A DNA stretch of 64,000 nt from a virus: the IMG/VR virus record IMGVR_UViG_3300042484_002006. The stretch is one strand, 5' to 3'. This document shows, one piece after another, positions 30,656 through 40,328 of the stretch. The notes beneath the pieces are model-generated. The model saw only the letters and a list, made by a program, of their open reading frames with translations, did not search any database and was not told where the DNA came from. How positions within the stretch are numbered: position 1 is the first letter of the stretch; each line of letters begins with the position of its first letter. Position numbers and translations under genes: made by a program.

Positions 30656-31011
30656 CAAATACCATGCCTGAAAAAGAAGACTTTGACAATGAAGATTTTG
30701 AAAAGATATTTACTGAAATTGTTAGTTCAGATGAATTAAAAGATATGTCAGATCATTTTGAAAAAGATGTAAAGCTTGGATTAAAGGAACTCCTTTTAAT
30801 CCAGCAATCGCTATCAGATGCTATGAGTCATATATCTGAAGTTTTAATAAATTCAGTTGATGGAGAAGAACAATTAATAACTAATGGAGATAACATTTAC
30901 AGTAGTTTATTGTCTTCACTCTATAAAATATCTGAAGACTTTAACGAATGTATGATAGAATATTACTCTGATTTAGACATAGACGATGAAGGAGATGAAA
31001 ATGGAATATGA
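30652..31011 (+). CDS. acidic hypothetical protein
   Basis: D/E-rich ORF (119 aa from GTG) overlapping both neighbours. Confidence 0.55.
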   Translation: MTNTMPEKEDFDNEDFEKIFTEIVSSDELKDMSDHFEKDVKLGLKELLLIQQSLSDAMSHISEVLINSVDGEEQLITNGDNIYSSLLSSLYKISEDFNECMIEYYSDLDIDDEGDENGI

Positions 31012-31714
31012 TTCAGTTAATGAACCCTCCATTAAAAAAGTTTTAGACAAAGGTTATGTAAGATTAGTTGATATAATGGGTTCGGATCTTAGTGTGGCAA
31101 ACGCCGCACGAGCATCTTTTGCAAAAGAATCAACTGAACTATCAGCGGCCGATGCAAGATTGATTGATTATTTAGCGAGAGAAAATCATATGTCGCCTTT
31201 CAGACATGCGTTTATGACATTTGAATTTAAGGCACCATTGATGGTTGCTCGCCAACATTGGAAGTATGTAATTGGTTCAGATCATACTATGGATTCTTGG
31301 AATGAATCTAGTAGAAGATATGTAACTTCTGAGCCTGAATTTTATATTCCCTTAAAAGAAGAGTGGAGACTGGCACCAGACAATAAGAAGCAGGGGTCTG
31401 GAGGACCTCTTGATCCCTGGACTGGAACATTGCTGTCTCAGCAATTGGAAGATTACATCCAGCAGGGTGAAGCTCTTTACAACATGGCCATGCAAAATGG
31501 TGTGGCAGCTGAACAGGCAAGATTGTTTCTCCCGGCATACGGCATGTATGTCATATACAGATGGTCATGCAGCCTACAATCAGTAGCCCTATTCCTTAAC
31601 CAACGCCTTGAAGAAGACTCTCAGAAAGAGATCCAAGACTACGCCCGCGCTGTCAAAGATTTAATTATTGATAAATTTCCTGTATCGATACCTTTGTTGA
31701 CTGGTGTATCATGA
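31001..31714 (+). CDS. thyX: flavin-dependent thymidylate synthase
   Basis: VANAARASF, HMSPFRH, APLMVARQHWKY, NESSRRY, AEQARLFLP, QKEIQDYA. Start set at ATG 31001 after GGAG. Confidence 0.93.
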   Translation: MEYDSVNEPSIKKVLDKGYVRLVDIMGSDLSVANAARASFAKESTELSAADARLIDYLARENHMSPFRHAFMTFEFKAPLMVARQHWKYVIGSDHTMDSWNESSRRYVTSEPEFYIPLKEEWRLAPDNKKQGSGGPLDPWTGTLLSQQLEDYIQQGEALYNMAMQNGVAAEQARLFLPAYGMYVIYRWSCSLQSVALFLNQRLEEDSQKEIQDYARAVKDLIIDKFPVSIPLLTGVS

Positions 31715-31872
31715 TAGTAGATGCAATTAGAGTAATTCTATTTGTAGTATTTATTAATTGGGCATTTACGATGCATTCTATGTCTCAATCTGCAACTAAT
31801 ACAAAGAATAGAAAAATAATAATTGCCATATCCATACTAGCTTCAGCGATAGCAGCTATATTAGTTCTATGA
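31711..31872 (+). CDS. 53-aa two-TM membrane protein (missed by ORF track)
   Basis: MIVDAIRVILFVVFINWAFTMH..IIIAISILASAIAAILVL; ATGA overlaps at both ends. Confidence 0.6.
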   Translation: MIVDAIRVILFVVFINWAFTMHSMSQSATNTKNRKIIIAISILASAIAAILVL

Positions 31873-32330
31873 CAGTTACAAGAAAAGATACCCAATACAT
31901 GCAGATGTGTATTTCCGTGGCTAATATTTTTTCTACTTGTGGAAAAAGAAAATATTCAGCTGTCCTAGTAGATACACAGGGGCACATAGTCGGAGTCGGA
32001 TATAACGGTGGACCTAAGGGAAAGCAGCACTGTGAAGACGGTGGATGCCCTAGATTAGCTGAGAAGTCACCTAGTGGATCAAATTATGATAACTGCATAG
32101 CAGTTCACGCTGAAGCTAATGCTCTTCTCCATTCGGATTATTCTAGTAGACCAGAAAACATATATATAAATGGTCCTCCATGTTTTTCTTGCGCTAAACT
32201 AATAGCTAATTCAACAATAAAAAATGTCTATTACATATATGATGAATCCTATAAGGATTGGGATAATGTAAAGAAATTTTTATCAGAATGTTCAATCAAT
32301 GTATTCGAGGTTAATAATGCCAGCGGCTAA
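31869..32330 (+). CDS. dCMP deaminase
   Basis: GYNG, HAEANAL, PCFSC Zn motif. Confidence 0.88.
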   Translation: MTVTRKDTQYMQMCISVANIFSTCGKRKYSAVLVDTQGHIVGVGYNGGPKGKQHCEDGGCPRLAEKSPSGSNYDNCIAVHAEANALLHSDYSSRPENIYINGPPCFSCAKLIANSTIKNVYYIYDESYKDWDNVKKFLSECSINVFEVNNASG

Positions 32331-32538
32331 ACTAAATTATATGGTAGTATATAAAAATCATAGTCAAGTTTACGGATGTTCATCTAAGAAAATAGCACTT
32401 GATAGCCCTCCCCCCGAAGGGATGTCATTAGAAGATAAGAACATATTTTTCGTAACATTTGAACCAGACACTGATAATATCTGTTTATACAAAGTAAGTA
32501 ATGAGCAAGAAAGTAATGACAAGGAAGAAAATGAGTAA
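32317..32538 (+). CDS. hypothetical protein
   Basis: ATG 32317 after GAGG; coupled to neighbours. Confidence 0.5.
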   Translation: MPAAKLNYMVVYKNHSQVYGCSSKKIALDSPPPEGMSLEDKNIFFVTFEPDTDNICLYKVSNEQESNDKEENE

Positions 32539-32749
32539 GAAGAAAATCTCAGTTAAACTAAATGTAGGCGAAACTGCAATCGTCATCAATCATGAATTAG
32601 CTATGCACATAGCCGAAACATATGATTATTTAGCAACTGAACATCAAGATGAACATTCAGATTCATTTAGGGAAATAGCAGATCACATAAGATTTCAAGC
32701 TAATGAAAATCACTATGATGAATCAGATGATGAATATGAAGAATGGTAA
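32531..32749 (+). CDS. hypothetical protein with acidic tail
   Basis: ATG 32531 after AAGGAAG. Confidence 0.5.
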   Translation: MSKKKISVKLNVGETAIVINHELAMHIAETYDYLATEHQDEHSDSFREIADHIRFQANENHYDESDDEYEEW

Positions 32750-32990
32750 AATTACTTTCTTAATTAGCTCTTTCTTATTGGGTGTTTCGATTGCTAGAAA
32801 TAAATCTATGAATTCTTTAAAGCCCAAGAAAAAAGATCCAACTGTATATCAATATAAAAATAGATTAAAAGAGTTTTATGACTCTGATATATTGTTTGAT
32901 ATAGAACAAGAATTCCTATCCTTAGTAGAATTCGGATTAAGTCCTACATCCGCTTTTGATGCGGTAATTGAATTTGGAGAAATAAATTGA
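32703..32990 (+). CDS. hypothetical protein with N-terminal hydrophobic segment (start uncertain)
   Basis: Fills the operon gap; ITFLISSFLLGVSIA. Confidence 0.45.
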   Translation: MKITMMNQMMNMKNGKITFLISSFLLGVSIARNKSMNSLKPKKKDPTVYQYKNRLKEFYDSDILFDIEQEFLSLVEFGLSPTSAFDAVIEFGEIN

Positions 32991-33778
32991 TAGACCTCTG
33001 CGTAATTAACTACAATACAAGATCACTACTGAATAGATTTTTAGATTGCCTTCATAGCGATTTGCATGAGACTGCTAAGGTCTGGAATCTATACATAGCA
33101 GATAACGGCTCACAAGATGATAGTGTTGATTGGTTGAAATATAATTATCAAAGATATAGAATTAATAAATTCTATGATAATGACAATATAGGATACTCTG
33201 GAGCCTGCAATCAATTAGCTGGAGAAGGATCATCCGATATAATCGCACTGTTAAATGCAGACGTATGGATGACTAGTGCGTCGATGGTAAGAGCTCAACA
33301 AATTTTTGATGAGAATCCAGATATTCATATTCTTGGTCCTAAGCAAAGAGATGAAAATGGATTAATAACGCATGCGGGAATTGTTGGCACCAATACAGCT
33401 CCAGCTCATCGTGGTTGGAGACAAAGTGATTTTGACGACCAGCTCTATAAAGATAGAGTTCCTTGTGTCACAGTTTCAGGCTCAGCCTACTTTATCCGCA
33501 GAGAAGTTTGGGACACATTAACAAATCATCCTAAGTATCAAGAGATGTATCCTGGAGCAACAGGCGCATTCCTCCCCACTCCCCACTATTACGAAGAGAC
33601 GTGGTGTTCATATTTTGCAAGACATCTAGGCTATAATGTGGTGTATGATGGAACTGTTTCCATTGGCCATAGCTGGCACAAATCTTCGCCGGTTGGTGGA
33701 GAAGCGGATTCTAAATTCAAAGAAAGTCAAGCAATATTTCGCAAAGCATGCGACTACATTGGAATAGAAAGAGATTAA
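32987..33778 (+). CDS. glycosyltransferase family 2 (GT-A; WbbL-like)
   Basis: CVINYNT, ADNGSQD, GYSGACN, LLNAD, VSGSAYFIRR, YYEETWC, SIGHSWH. Confidence 0.85.
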   Translation: MIDLCVINYNTRSLLNRFLDCLHSDLHETAKVWNLYIADNGSQDDSVDWLKYNYQRYRINKFYDNDNIGYSGACNQLAGEGSSDIIALLNADVWMTSASMVRAQQIFDENPDIHILGPKQRDENGLITHAGIVGTNTAPAHRGWRQSDFDDQLYKDRVPCVTVSGSAYFIRREVWDTLTNHPKYQEMYPGATGAFLPTPHYYEETWCSYFARHLGYNVVYDGTVSIGHSWHKSSPVGGEADSKFKESQAIFRKACDYIGIERD

Positions 33779-33779
33779 A

Positions 33780-34178
33780 ATGTCAGATAAATTAAATCCA
33801 TGGATATATAACGCAGAAGTAAAAAAAGTTGTTGATGGCGATACATTTGATATTGTTATTGACTTAGGATTTGACACCCTGAAAAAGGGTAGAGTTCGTC
33901 TTTATGGAGTAAATACTCCCGAGAGTCGCACTACGAATCTCGAAGAAAAGAAAATGGGCTTAGCAGCAAAAGAATTTACTGATCAATGGTTAACAGCCGC
34001 TAGCCATAAGGTTAAGATAGAAACTATTATTGACAAGAATGAAAAGTATGGAAGAGTGCTAGCAAGAGTATGGAATCAAGCCGGAGAGTGCCTAAATGAT
34101 GCTATAATAGCATCTGGTCTTGCTAGAGAATACTTTGGCGTAGGCGACAAAACATTCACCGAATTTAAAAAGGACTAA
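33780..34178 (+). CDS. stand-alone thermonuclease (SNase-like)
   Basis: KVVDGDT, RLYGVNTPESR, EKYGRVLA. Confidence 0.88.
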   Translation: MSDKLNPWIYNAEVKKVVDGDTFDIVIDLGFDTLKKGRVRLYGVNTPESRTTNLEEKKMGLAAKEFTDQWLTAASHKVKIETIIDKNEKYGRVLARVWNQAGECLNDAIIASGLAREYFGVGDKTFTEFKKD

Positions 34179-34179
34179 A

Positions 34180-34599
34180 GTGCAGACATTTCTACCATAT
34201 GCAGACTTTCAAAAATCTGTAGAAGTATTAGATTATCGTCGTCTTGGAAAGCAACGTGTTGAAACATTCCAAGTGCTAAATATACTCCTAGAAAGAACAC
34301 CTACAAAAGGCTGGAGAAATCATCCAGTAACATTGATGTGGACTGGTTATGAATCTGCTTTAAAGTTATATCAAAATATAACTATTCGAGAATGGGTCAA
34401 TAGGGGATATAAGAATAATATGCAGTATGAAGAGATAGATCCAGGCAGTGTAGTAATGCCGGCTTGGTTTGGGAGTGAAGAATTCCATAGATCTCATAGA
34501 TCAAATCTTCTTCGTAAAGACTTTGGATATTATTCACAATATTTTGACGAACCAAATGATTTAGAATACTATTGGCCAGGATTAGTATATGCCGCTTAA
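34180..34599 (+). CDS. pyrimidine-dimer DNA glycosylase / T4 endonuclease V-like (MSMEG_6728 family)
   Basis: MQTFLPY..LDYRRLGKQRVE..GWRNHP..MW.GYE..HRSHRSNLLRK. Confidence 0.82.
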   Translation: MQTFLPYADFQKSVEVLDYRRLGKQRVETFQVLNILLERTPTKGWRNHPVTLMWTGYESALKLYQNITIREWVNRGYKNNMQYEEIDPGSVVMPAWFGSEEFHRSHRSNLLRKDFGYYSQYFDEPNDLEYYWPGLVYAA

Positions 34600-34993
34600 A
34601 GTATTTCTTTCTGGAGCAATTGAAGGCGTTGAAGACTATGGACGCTTTTGGCGTAAGTCAGCGACTAGAGCACTGCATCTTGCAGGCTATGACGTATTAG
34701 ATCCAACTACTATCGTAGATAAAACATATGAAACACCAGAAGAAATTGTTGAAAAAAATTTGTTTATGCAACGCAGAGCAGATATTATTCTGGTAGAATA
34801 CATGTTACAAGATCGCGCATATATAGGAACTGACTTTGAATTGGCTTGGGCTAAATTCAATAATCAGCCAGCAGTAGTCTTCTGCTGCGACTCTAATAAA
34901 AACAGAGTTTACTTAAAATATATGGCAACAAAACTTGCATCAACAATGCAAGATGCGATAGAATATATCGCAACCAATTATCCATCAAATTAA
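34589..34993 (+). CDS. nucleoside 2'-deoxyribosyltransferase / dNMP N-glycosidase-like protein
   Basis: KVFLSGAI, DVLDP, ADIILV, GTDFELAWA. Confidence 0.7.
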   Translation: MPLKVFLSGAIEGVEDYGRFWRKSATRALHLAGYDVLDPTTIVDKTYETPEEIVEKNLFMQRRADIILVEYMLQDRAYIGTDFELAWAKFNNQPAVVFCCDSNKNRVYLKYMATKLASTMQDAIEYIATNYPSN

Positions 34994-35008
34994 TGAAAGG
35001 TAATACCA

Positions 35009-35200
35009 ATGTCAGATAACAAGTTCAAGTATTTCACAGTGACGACAACTTCGCTCGTGAAGGCTAACAACAAAACAGACGCAGAGAAGATTGCAACAAG
35101 TTCGAGCAATCGTCGTTCAACTCTTGGAGAGATGCTCTACAGAGAAGTAGAGACTGAGCGAATTTCGGCTGTTGAGGCTCGTGAACAGATGGTCGACTGA
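35009..35200 (+). CDS. small hypothetical protein
   Basis: 63 aa with RBS (AAGG). Confidence 0.6.
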   Translation: MSDNKFKYFTVTTTSLVKANNKTDAEKIATSSSNRRSTLGEMLYREVETERISAVEAREQMVD

Positions 35201-35239
35201 CCTTCGTCAATAAAGTCTCTAAGTAATTATTGGACAGAA

Positions 35240-35265
35240 ATTGAGGGGGGTAAAACCCCCTCAAT
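35240..35265. terminator. GC-rich hairpin, terminator-like
   Basis: ATTGAGGGGG-gtaaaa-CCCCCTCAAT, a perfect 10-bp intergenic stem. Confidence 0.6.
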
Positions 35266-35293
35266 CTCATTTAAAGCTAAGGAAGAAAAAAAA

Positions 35294-35986
35294 ATGATCA
35301 TTGCACAAATGATTGGTAGAAATGAGTCTTCTAGATTTTTGGAAGATGTTTTGCAAAGACTGTCAACTCAAGTTGATAAAATAATATTTACAGATGATTG
35401 TTCAACTGATAATACTCCTGAAATAGCAGCAAAGTACGCTGAAGTTTTTCAAACACCTGAACAACTTTTTAATGTTCACGAAGGAAAATTAAGAGCCTTC
35501 GCCTGGGGTAATCTAGAGAAATTTGCTAGTGTTGGAGATTGGGTCGTAGCTATTGACTGCGATGAAAAGCTTTATCATTTAGATGATGCGCCAATTAGAG
35601 ATGTTTTAAATACATCGCCTTTTGATGTAGTAAATGTCCGCTTCTATCATATGTGGAATGAAACTCAGTATAGAGTTGATAAACTATGGACACCAAATAA
35701 TAGTACTAGAATATTTAGATACTTAGAAAATGGTGGGTTCAATAATAGGCAGCTGGCGTGTGGATCTGAACCTACTTATGTAGGTGATATGATTGCTAGA
35801 AAAAATTATTGGGTTGATTCTAAACTCGTAATGCAACATCTTGGCTATATCAGAGATGAAGATAAAATTTCTAAGCATCAGAGATATTCACAATTAGACG
35901 GTGGAGCTTTCCATCAATTAGACCATATCAATTCAATCATAGATGAAAAACCAGTTTTGATTAACTGGGGTTCATTCGGAATTTAA
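35294..35986 (+). CDS. glycosyltransferase family 2
   Basis: GRNES..FTDDCSTDNT..WVVAIDCDE..HLGY. Confidence 0.8.
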   Translation: MIIAQMIGRNESSRFLEDVLQRLSTQVDKIIFTDDCSTDNTPEIAAKYAEVFQTPEQLFNVHEGKLRAFAWGNLEKFASVGDWVVAIDCDEKLYHLDDAPIRDVLNTSPFDVVNVRFYHMWNETQYRVDKLWTPNNSTRIFRYLENGGFNNRQLACGSEPTYVGDMIARKNYWVDSKLVMQHLGYIRDEDKISKHQRYSQLDGGAFHQLDHINSIIDEKPVLINWGSFGI

Positions 35987-35997
35987 TAGGAGATAAA

Positions 35998-36645
35998 ATG
36001 ACATTTCTTAATCCAACAGATTCACTTAGAAATCTTACTTCGGCAATGGGTAAAAAAGAAAAGTTTAGTTACATTAATGTTCCTAAGTCTTCCATAGTTG
36101 CCTTAAGCAAAAATAGCGAGAATCCTTTTCCAGCTAACTTTGCTAAGAATATTATCTCCTCATTAAAAAATAATGACAAGAGAATTATGAAAGCAATTTC
36201 ACACACCCTAGTTTCTGATATTGAAAATGGAAGACATTTTAAAATTGGATTAAACAAAAACTTTGAGTATTACTATTCAAACGTATTTGAATACTTTTAT
36301 CTAAATAACAAAGACGCTTATCAATCAGTGATTGATTTCTATATTAGAAATACTCCAAAAGTTATCGTTACACTCCATGATAAGAAGTTGGCTCAACGCC
36401 ACTTTGGATTTGATACGCATATTATAAATGTTCCATATAATAATTATCACGAAAAGTTAGATAGTGTTTATGCACAATTGGCGGAAATGGAAAACGAAGT
36501 AGACTACTGCCTTCTAGATTGTGGTGTCTTTGGTTTAGCATTGATGAATAAGATGTGGGATAATCTAAACATATCCATAATTGATACTGGTAAAACTTTG
36601 TCATTGAGCAAGGCTGCATTTCATAACAGTACCAATGAAAGATAA
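35998..36645 (+). CDS. GT-D fold (DUF1792-like) glycosyltransferase-like protein, possibly degenerate
   Basis: IINVPYNNYHEKLDSV..YCLLDCGVFGLAL..IIDTG resembles the GT-D C-terminus. The usual RFGDGE motif is not evident. Confidence 0.5.
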   Translation: MTFLNPTDSLRNLTSAMGKKEKFSYINVPKSSIVALSKNSENPFPANFAKNIISSLKNNDKRIMKAISHTLVSDIENGRHFKIGLNKNFEYYYSNVFEYFYLNNKDAYQSVIDFYIRNTPKVIVTLHDKKLAQRHFGFDTHIINVPYNNYHEKLDSVYAQLAEMENEVDYCLLDCGVFGLALMNKMWDNLNISIIDTGKTLSLSKAAFHNSTNER

Positions 36646-37270
36646 TTATAAAAAAATACAAGATGATGATATTGAATTTTTAGTAGATCTTTTATTTGAT
36701 ACTAATTATTCAATAAATCAAATAGCAAAAGAACTTGACGTTCCAATATCTGAGATAAATAAAAAGATTAATTATCTTGGATTAAATTGGTTAAAAGATT
36801 CTAAAAAGAAAATGTCACGTGGTCAAACCGCTTTGACAATGATAATGAAAAAGCTTTTGCCTGGAGAAGACGTGGTTAATGAATTTCATATTGGCGAAAA
36901 ACTTCGATTAGATGTTTATTGCCCCTCGTATGGAATAGCTGCAGAATATCATGGCCGTCAACATTTCTTTTACACATCTAGATTTTTTGAATCAAAATAT
37001 GAATTTGAAGAAGCACAAAAAAGAGATATAATCAAAGCACAATGGTGCAAGGATAATGGAATTGCGTTAATTGTTTTTCGCTATAACGACTCTCTAACTG
37101 AAGTCAGCGTGTATAATAGGATGCTGGAAGCTATTAGGAGTAGTCCAGATAGCAAGAAAGATAATAATAAGCAAAGTATTACAACTTCTAATTATTATCA
37201 GGAAATGAAAAAGAAAAATTCAGAGTATAAAAAGAATCTTTACCGCAAACTAAAAGGCTCTAAAAATTGA
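36635..37270 (+). CDS. HTH plus Vsr/DUF559-like endonuclease domain protein
   Basis: SINQIAKELDV (HTH); LRLDVY..AAEYHGRQH..KAQWCKDNGIALI. Confidence 0.7.
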   Translation: MKDNYKKIQDDDIEFLVDLLFDTNYSINQIAKELDVPISEINKKINYLGLNWLKDSKKKMSRGQTALTMIMKKLLPGEDVVNEFHIGEKLRLDVYCPSYGIAAEYHGRQHFFYTSRFFESKYEFEEAQKRDIIKAQWCKDNGIALIVFRYNDSLTEVSVYNRMLEAIRSSPDSKKDNNKQSITTSNYYQEMKKKNSEYKKNLYRKLKGSKN

Positions 37271-38730
37271 TGGCACTTGAAGAAATAGAAGAATCACAAG
37301 AAACCCCACTAGAATACCAGGCATTCGCACTTTGCTTAAAAGAGCAGGGTGCGATATCCTATTTTGACGAAAATCTTCCACAAGATATAGTTGGTATGAT
37401 TCATGGCGAAAAAGGAATCCACGAATTCTATGGTGCGCTTCTTGGTTTTTATCGAGCAACTAATTTAGACATAGTTGATCCAATAGCCTTTAAGTCATGG
37501 CTGTCTAGCGAGACAGATATCTATGACGCACTTGGTGGTTCTTCCGGCGTAGGTATAATGATAGATTATATTCTTAGTCTTGATTCTTCTACAAAAGAAT
37601 CAGTCGTTGAATTAATTAAGCACAAAGCAAATAAGCGTAAACAAATTCTTAATCTTCAAGAACTTCAAATACTTATTAACAAAAAAGGTTTGAAATCACA
37701 AGAAGATATTAATCGCATTAATGATTTGACATCCTTAATTAAGGATCTTGAAAATCAAATTAAGTATGACCCTTTTAGTAAATTGACTACAGCTAATGAC
37801 ATTCTAAATAGAGCTGATCGTTTGCTGGACATACCTGATTTTGTGCCGACTCAATTTAAAGCCCTTAATAGGGCTATGGGGTACACAGATGAGGGTGGAT
37901 TCTTTAAGGGCGCTGTACACGCAATTATCGCACCCTCAGGCAAGGGTAAGAGTACCTTCGCTAAGTGCCTAGCTAATAATTGGCTAGATACTGGCTATAG
38001 AGTTTTATACGTAAACTTTGAAGAAGCCTTGGGTCACTGGGAGAGAATTCTTATGACTCAAATCATTGGTGAAAATGTTTATTCAGAAGCCCATAAATGG
38101 AGCGAAGAAAAGAAACAGTTTTATTTGGCTAAATTTAAATCAAAACTTGAAGAGTGGGGAGATAGATTGATGGTCCGCCATGATCCTGAAACTCCATATT
38201 TTGAAGATCTTGAATTTTGGTTAAGAGATTTGATAGGCCACACTGGAGATATGCCAGATGTAGTTATTATCGACACTATCCAATCTATGTTTACTCGTAG
38301 CAGTGGCAAGGGTAAGCCAAGATGGGGAGAGTTTGAAGAAATGATGGTTAGGTTGGAAAAGCTTGCTAGAGATATGAACTGCGCCATGATAATCACTGCT
38401 CAAGAAAACTCAAACAGAATGAAAGAAAAAAGAGAAGTTGTTCAACAATCTGACACTGGTGGATCTTTAGCTATTCAACAAAAGTGCGCAGTTACAATCT
38501 TTATAACAGAAAAACGTTTAGCCTCAAATGATGAGACTGAAGATGACAATATAATGCAGCTTCAGATACCAAAGAATAGAATTACTGGTTCCGCATTCAT
38601 GTATGATCCGCCCCTAGTAAGATATAATGATGCAAAAAAAATCTATGAAGATTATGAAGTAATCAGTGATCAATCATACTCAGAATCAACAGATCTTCAA
38701 GAACTATTAAGTGGAGAAGGTTTTGACTAA
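37267..38730 (+). CDS. dnaB: replicative SF4 helicase (DnaB-like)
   Basis: Walker A APSGKGKST, YVNFEE, Walker B VVIIDTIQ, ITAQEN. Confidence 0.85.
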   Translation: MMALEEIEESQETPLEYQAFALCLKEQGAISYFDENLPQDIVGMIHGEKGIHEFYGALLGFYRATNLDIVDPIAFKSWLSSETDIYDALGGSSGVGIMIDYILSLDSSTKESVVELIKHKANKRKQILNLQELQILINKKGLKSQEDINRINDLTSLIKDLENQIKYDPFSKLTTANDILNRADRLLDIPDFVPTQFKALNRAMGYTDEGGFFKGAVHAIIAPSGKGKSTFAKCLANNWLDTGYRVLYVNFEEALGHWERILMTQIIGENVYSEAHKWSEEKKQFYLAKFKSKLEEWGDRLMVRHDPETPYFEDLEFWLRDLIGHTGDMPDVVIIDTIQSMFTRSSGKGKPRWGEFEEMMVRLEKLARDMNCAMIITAQENSNRMKEKREVVQQSDTGGSLAIQQKCAVTIFITEKRLASNDETEDDNIMQLQIPKNRITGSAFMYDPPLVRYNDAKKIYEDYEVISDQSYSESTDLQELLSGEGFD

Positions 38731-39506
38731 TGCTAGAATTAAATGTAGAAGCTATTAAAGATTTTCAAACTTGTGAAAGATTATACGATTTTAGATATCG
38801 TGATAAACTTCCTGAAAAAGTATATTCAAGAGATATTTATACTGCTAAATTTGAATCAACTATTAAGAATATTATTTATTTCTTTTGGTTCAAAAAACAA
38901 GCAGGCATTAGTCCGTCTTATGCCTCGCTGTTAAATAGGTGGGAAAAATTATGGTTCCCAAAGAATGTAGATCATTACGATATAGCTACCGAACAACACG
39001 AGAGCATGTATGGAAATATGGCTAGCTTGACCACAAAGGCAGCAAGCATACTACTTACATTTCACGAAACTTATTCAGACGTAGATATGATTCCTCTAGC
39101 TATATCCGAAGAGTATATAGCAATTATCAACAAAGAAATTAAGATAGTAGACAAATTCGATTTAATAATTAGAAAAGATAATAAAAATTATGTAACAAAA
39201 CTTCTTTTTAATTATAAGAGTAATCATAGACACATGTATCAAGTTGATTTCTCTGCTATGTATATGGGATTTAAACTTCGTCATCCAAGTCGAGTTAATG
39301 AAACTAACTTTGGTTATATTGATCTAATGTCAAATAGTTTAGATTTTATAGAATATGAAATTAGTACCGAAGACATTGACTCTTTGGAATACTGGTGTGA
39401 TACAATGTGTCATAAGGAAACTTTTGTCCCAAGAAGAGGATTAACAGCTTACTGCAAAAAGTGTCCGCACGATGACGCATGTTCTAAATGGATTGGATGG
39501 AAATAA
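38730..39506 (+). CDS. PD-(D/E)XK superfamily protein with Cys cluster, possibly degenerate
   Basis: IKDFQTCERLY, KFDLI, YCKKCPHDDAC. Confidence 0.6.
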   Translation: MLELNVEAIKDFQTCERLYDFRYRDKLPEKVYSRDIYTAKFESTIKNIIYFFWFKKQAGISPSYASLLNRWEKLWFPKNVDHYDIATEQHESMYGNMASLTTKAASILLTFHETYSDVDMIPLAISEEYIAIINKEIKIVDKFDLIIRKDNKNYVTKLLFNYKSNHRHMYQVDFSAMYMGFKLRHPSRVNETNFGYIDLMSNSLDFIEYEISTEDIDSLEYWCDTMCHKETFVPRRGLTAYCKKCPHDDACSKWIGWK

Positions 39507-40174
39507 TGGGTAAGAGTATTTTAGATGATATTCTGAAAGAAGATACAAGTAATCAAATTACTCAAGAAGATGAATACTTGGCTCCCTTATTAGGAGAAAT
39601 TGGACAGATAGATGATGAAGGAATCAAATCATTTGTCAGATCACTTTTGCTAAAAGCTAGTACATTTTGGGAAATACCATCTAGTTTTTCCGGGAGATAT
39701 CATCCACCGGATGAACATGGCCCTGGTGGTAATGTGCTACATACTAAAAGAGTTGTTAGAGTTGCAGAAGTGATATCAGACTCCTACGCGCTAAGTGTGG
39801 AGGAAAGAGATCTCATAATTGCGGCGTGCCTTCTTCATGACGTCACTAAGGGTGTTCCATCTGAAGAAGCTGGAATGTTCCAGTACGATCCGATGCACCC
39901 CTATACCGTCAATAAATTTGTATCTGACTGCATCCGTCATGACAAGGAATATGCCAATGATAGTCATTCTTCTACGTTGTTTATTTCTGAAGAAAATGTA
40001 CAAAGCATACTAAGACTAGTGAGATGCCATTTGGGTCCATGGTCACCAGTTCCAGAAACATATCCAATAACTTATATGGATTACATTGTACACTTAGCTG
40101 ACAATATAGCTAGTAAAGTGCATGTTATAATCGAGGATAGTCAATTGATCAATGACAGATGGACAAATGAATAG
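39488..40174 (+). CDS. HD-domain phosphohydrolase (YhaM-like)
   Basis: PSSFSGRYH..GGNVLHT..LLHDVTK..VHLAD. Confidence 0.8.
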   Translation: MDWMEIMGKSILDDILKEDTSNQITQEDEYLAPLLGEIGQIDDEGIKSFVRSLLLKASTFWEIPSSFSGRYHPPDEHGPGGNVLHTKRVVRVAEVISDSYALSVEERDLIIAACLLHDVTKGVPSEEAGMFQYDPMHPYTVNKFVSDCIRHDKEYANDSHSSTLFISEENVQSILRLVRCHLGPWSPVPETYPITYMDYIVHLADNIASKVHVIIEDSQLINDRWTNE

Positions 40175-40328
40175 CAGAATATCAAAGAGAATTTATATTA
40201 TTTCTATACTAGAAGACATAATTAAAGAATCAGTCTACTATAGAAATAATTCATTTAATTTGAAAAAAGAAAATCGTATTGTAATCGCCAGTATTTCCGA
40301 TAAAGAGTCTAAGGCAAAGATACTATGA
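40167..40328 (+). CDS. 53-aa hypothetical protein (missed by ORF track)
   Basis: MNSRISKRIYIISILEDIIKES..; bridges the HD and primase genes with overlapping stop/start. Confidence 0.45.
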   Translation: MNSRISKRIYIISILEDIIKESVYYRNNSFNLKKENRIVIASISDKESKAKIL

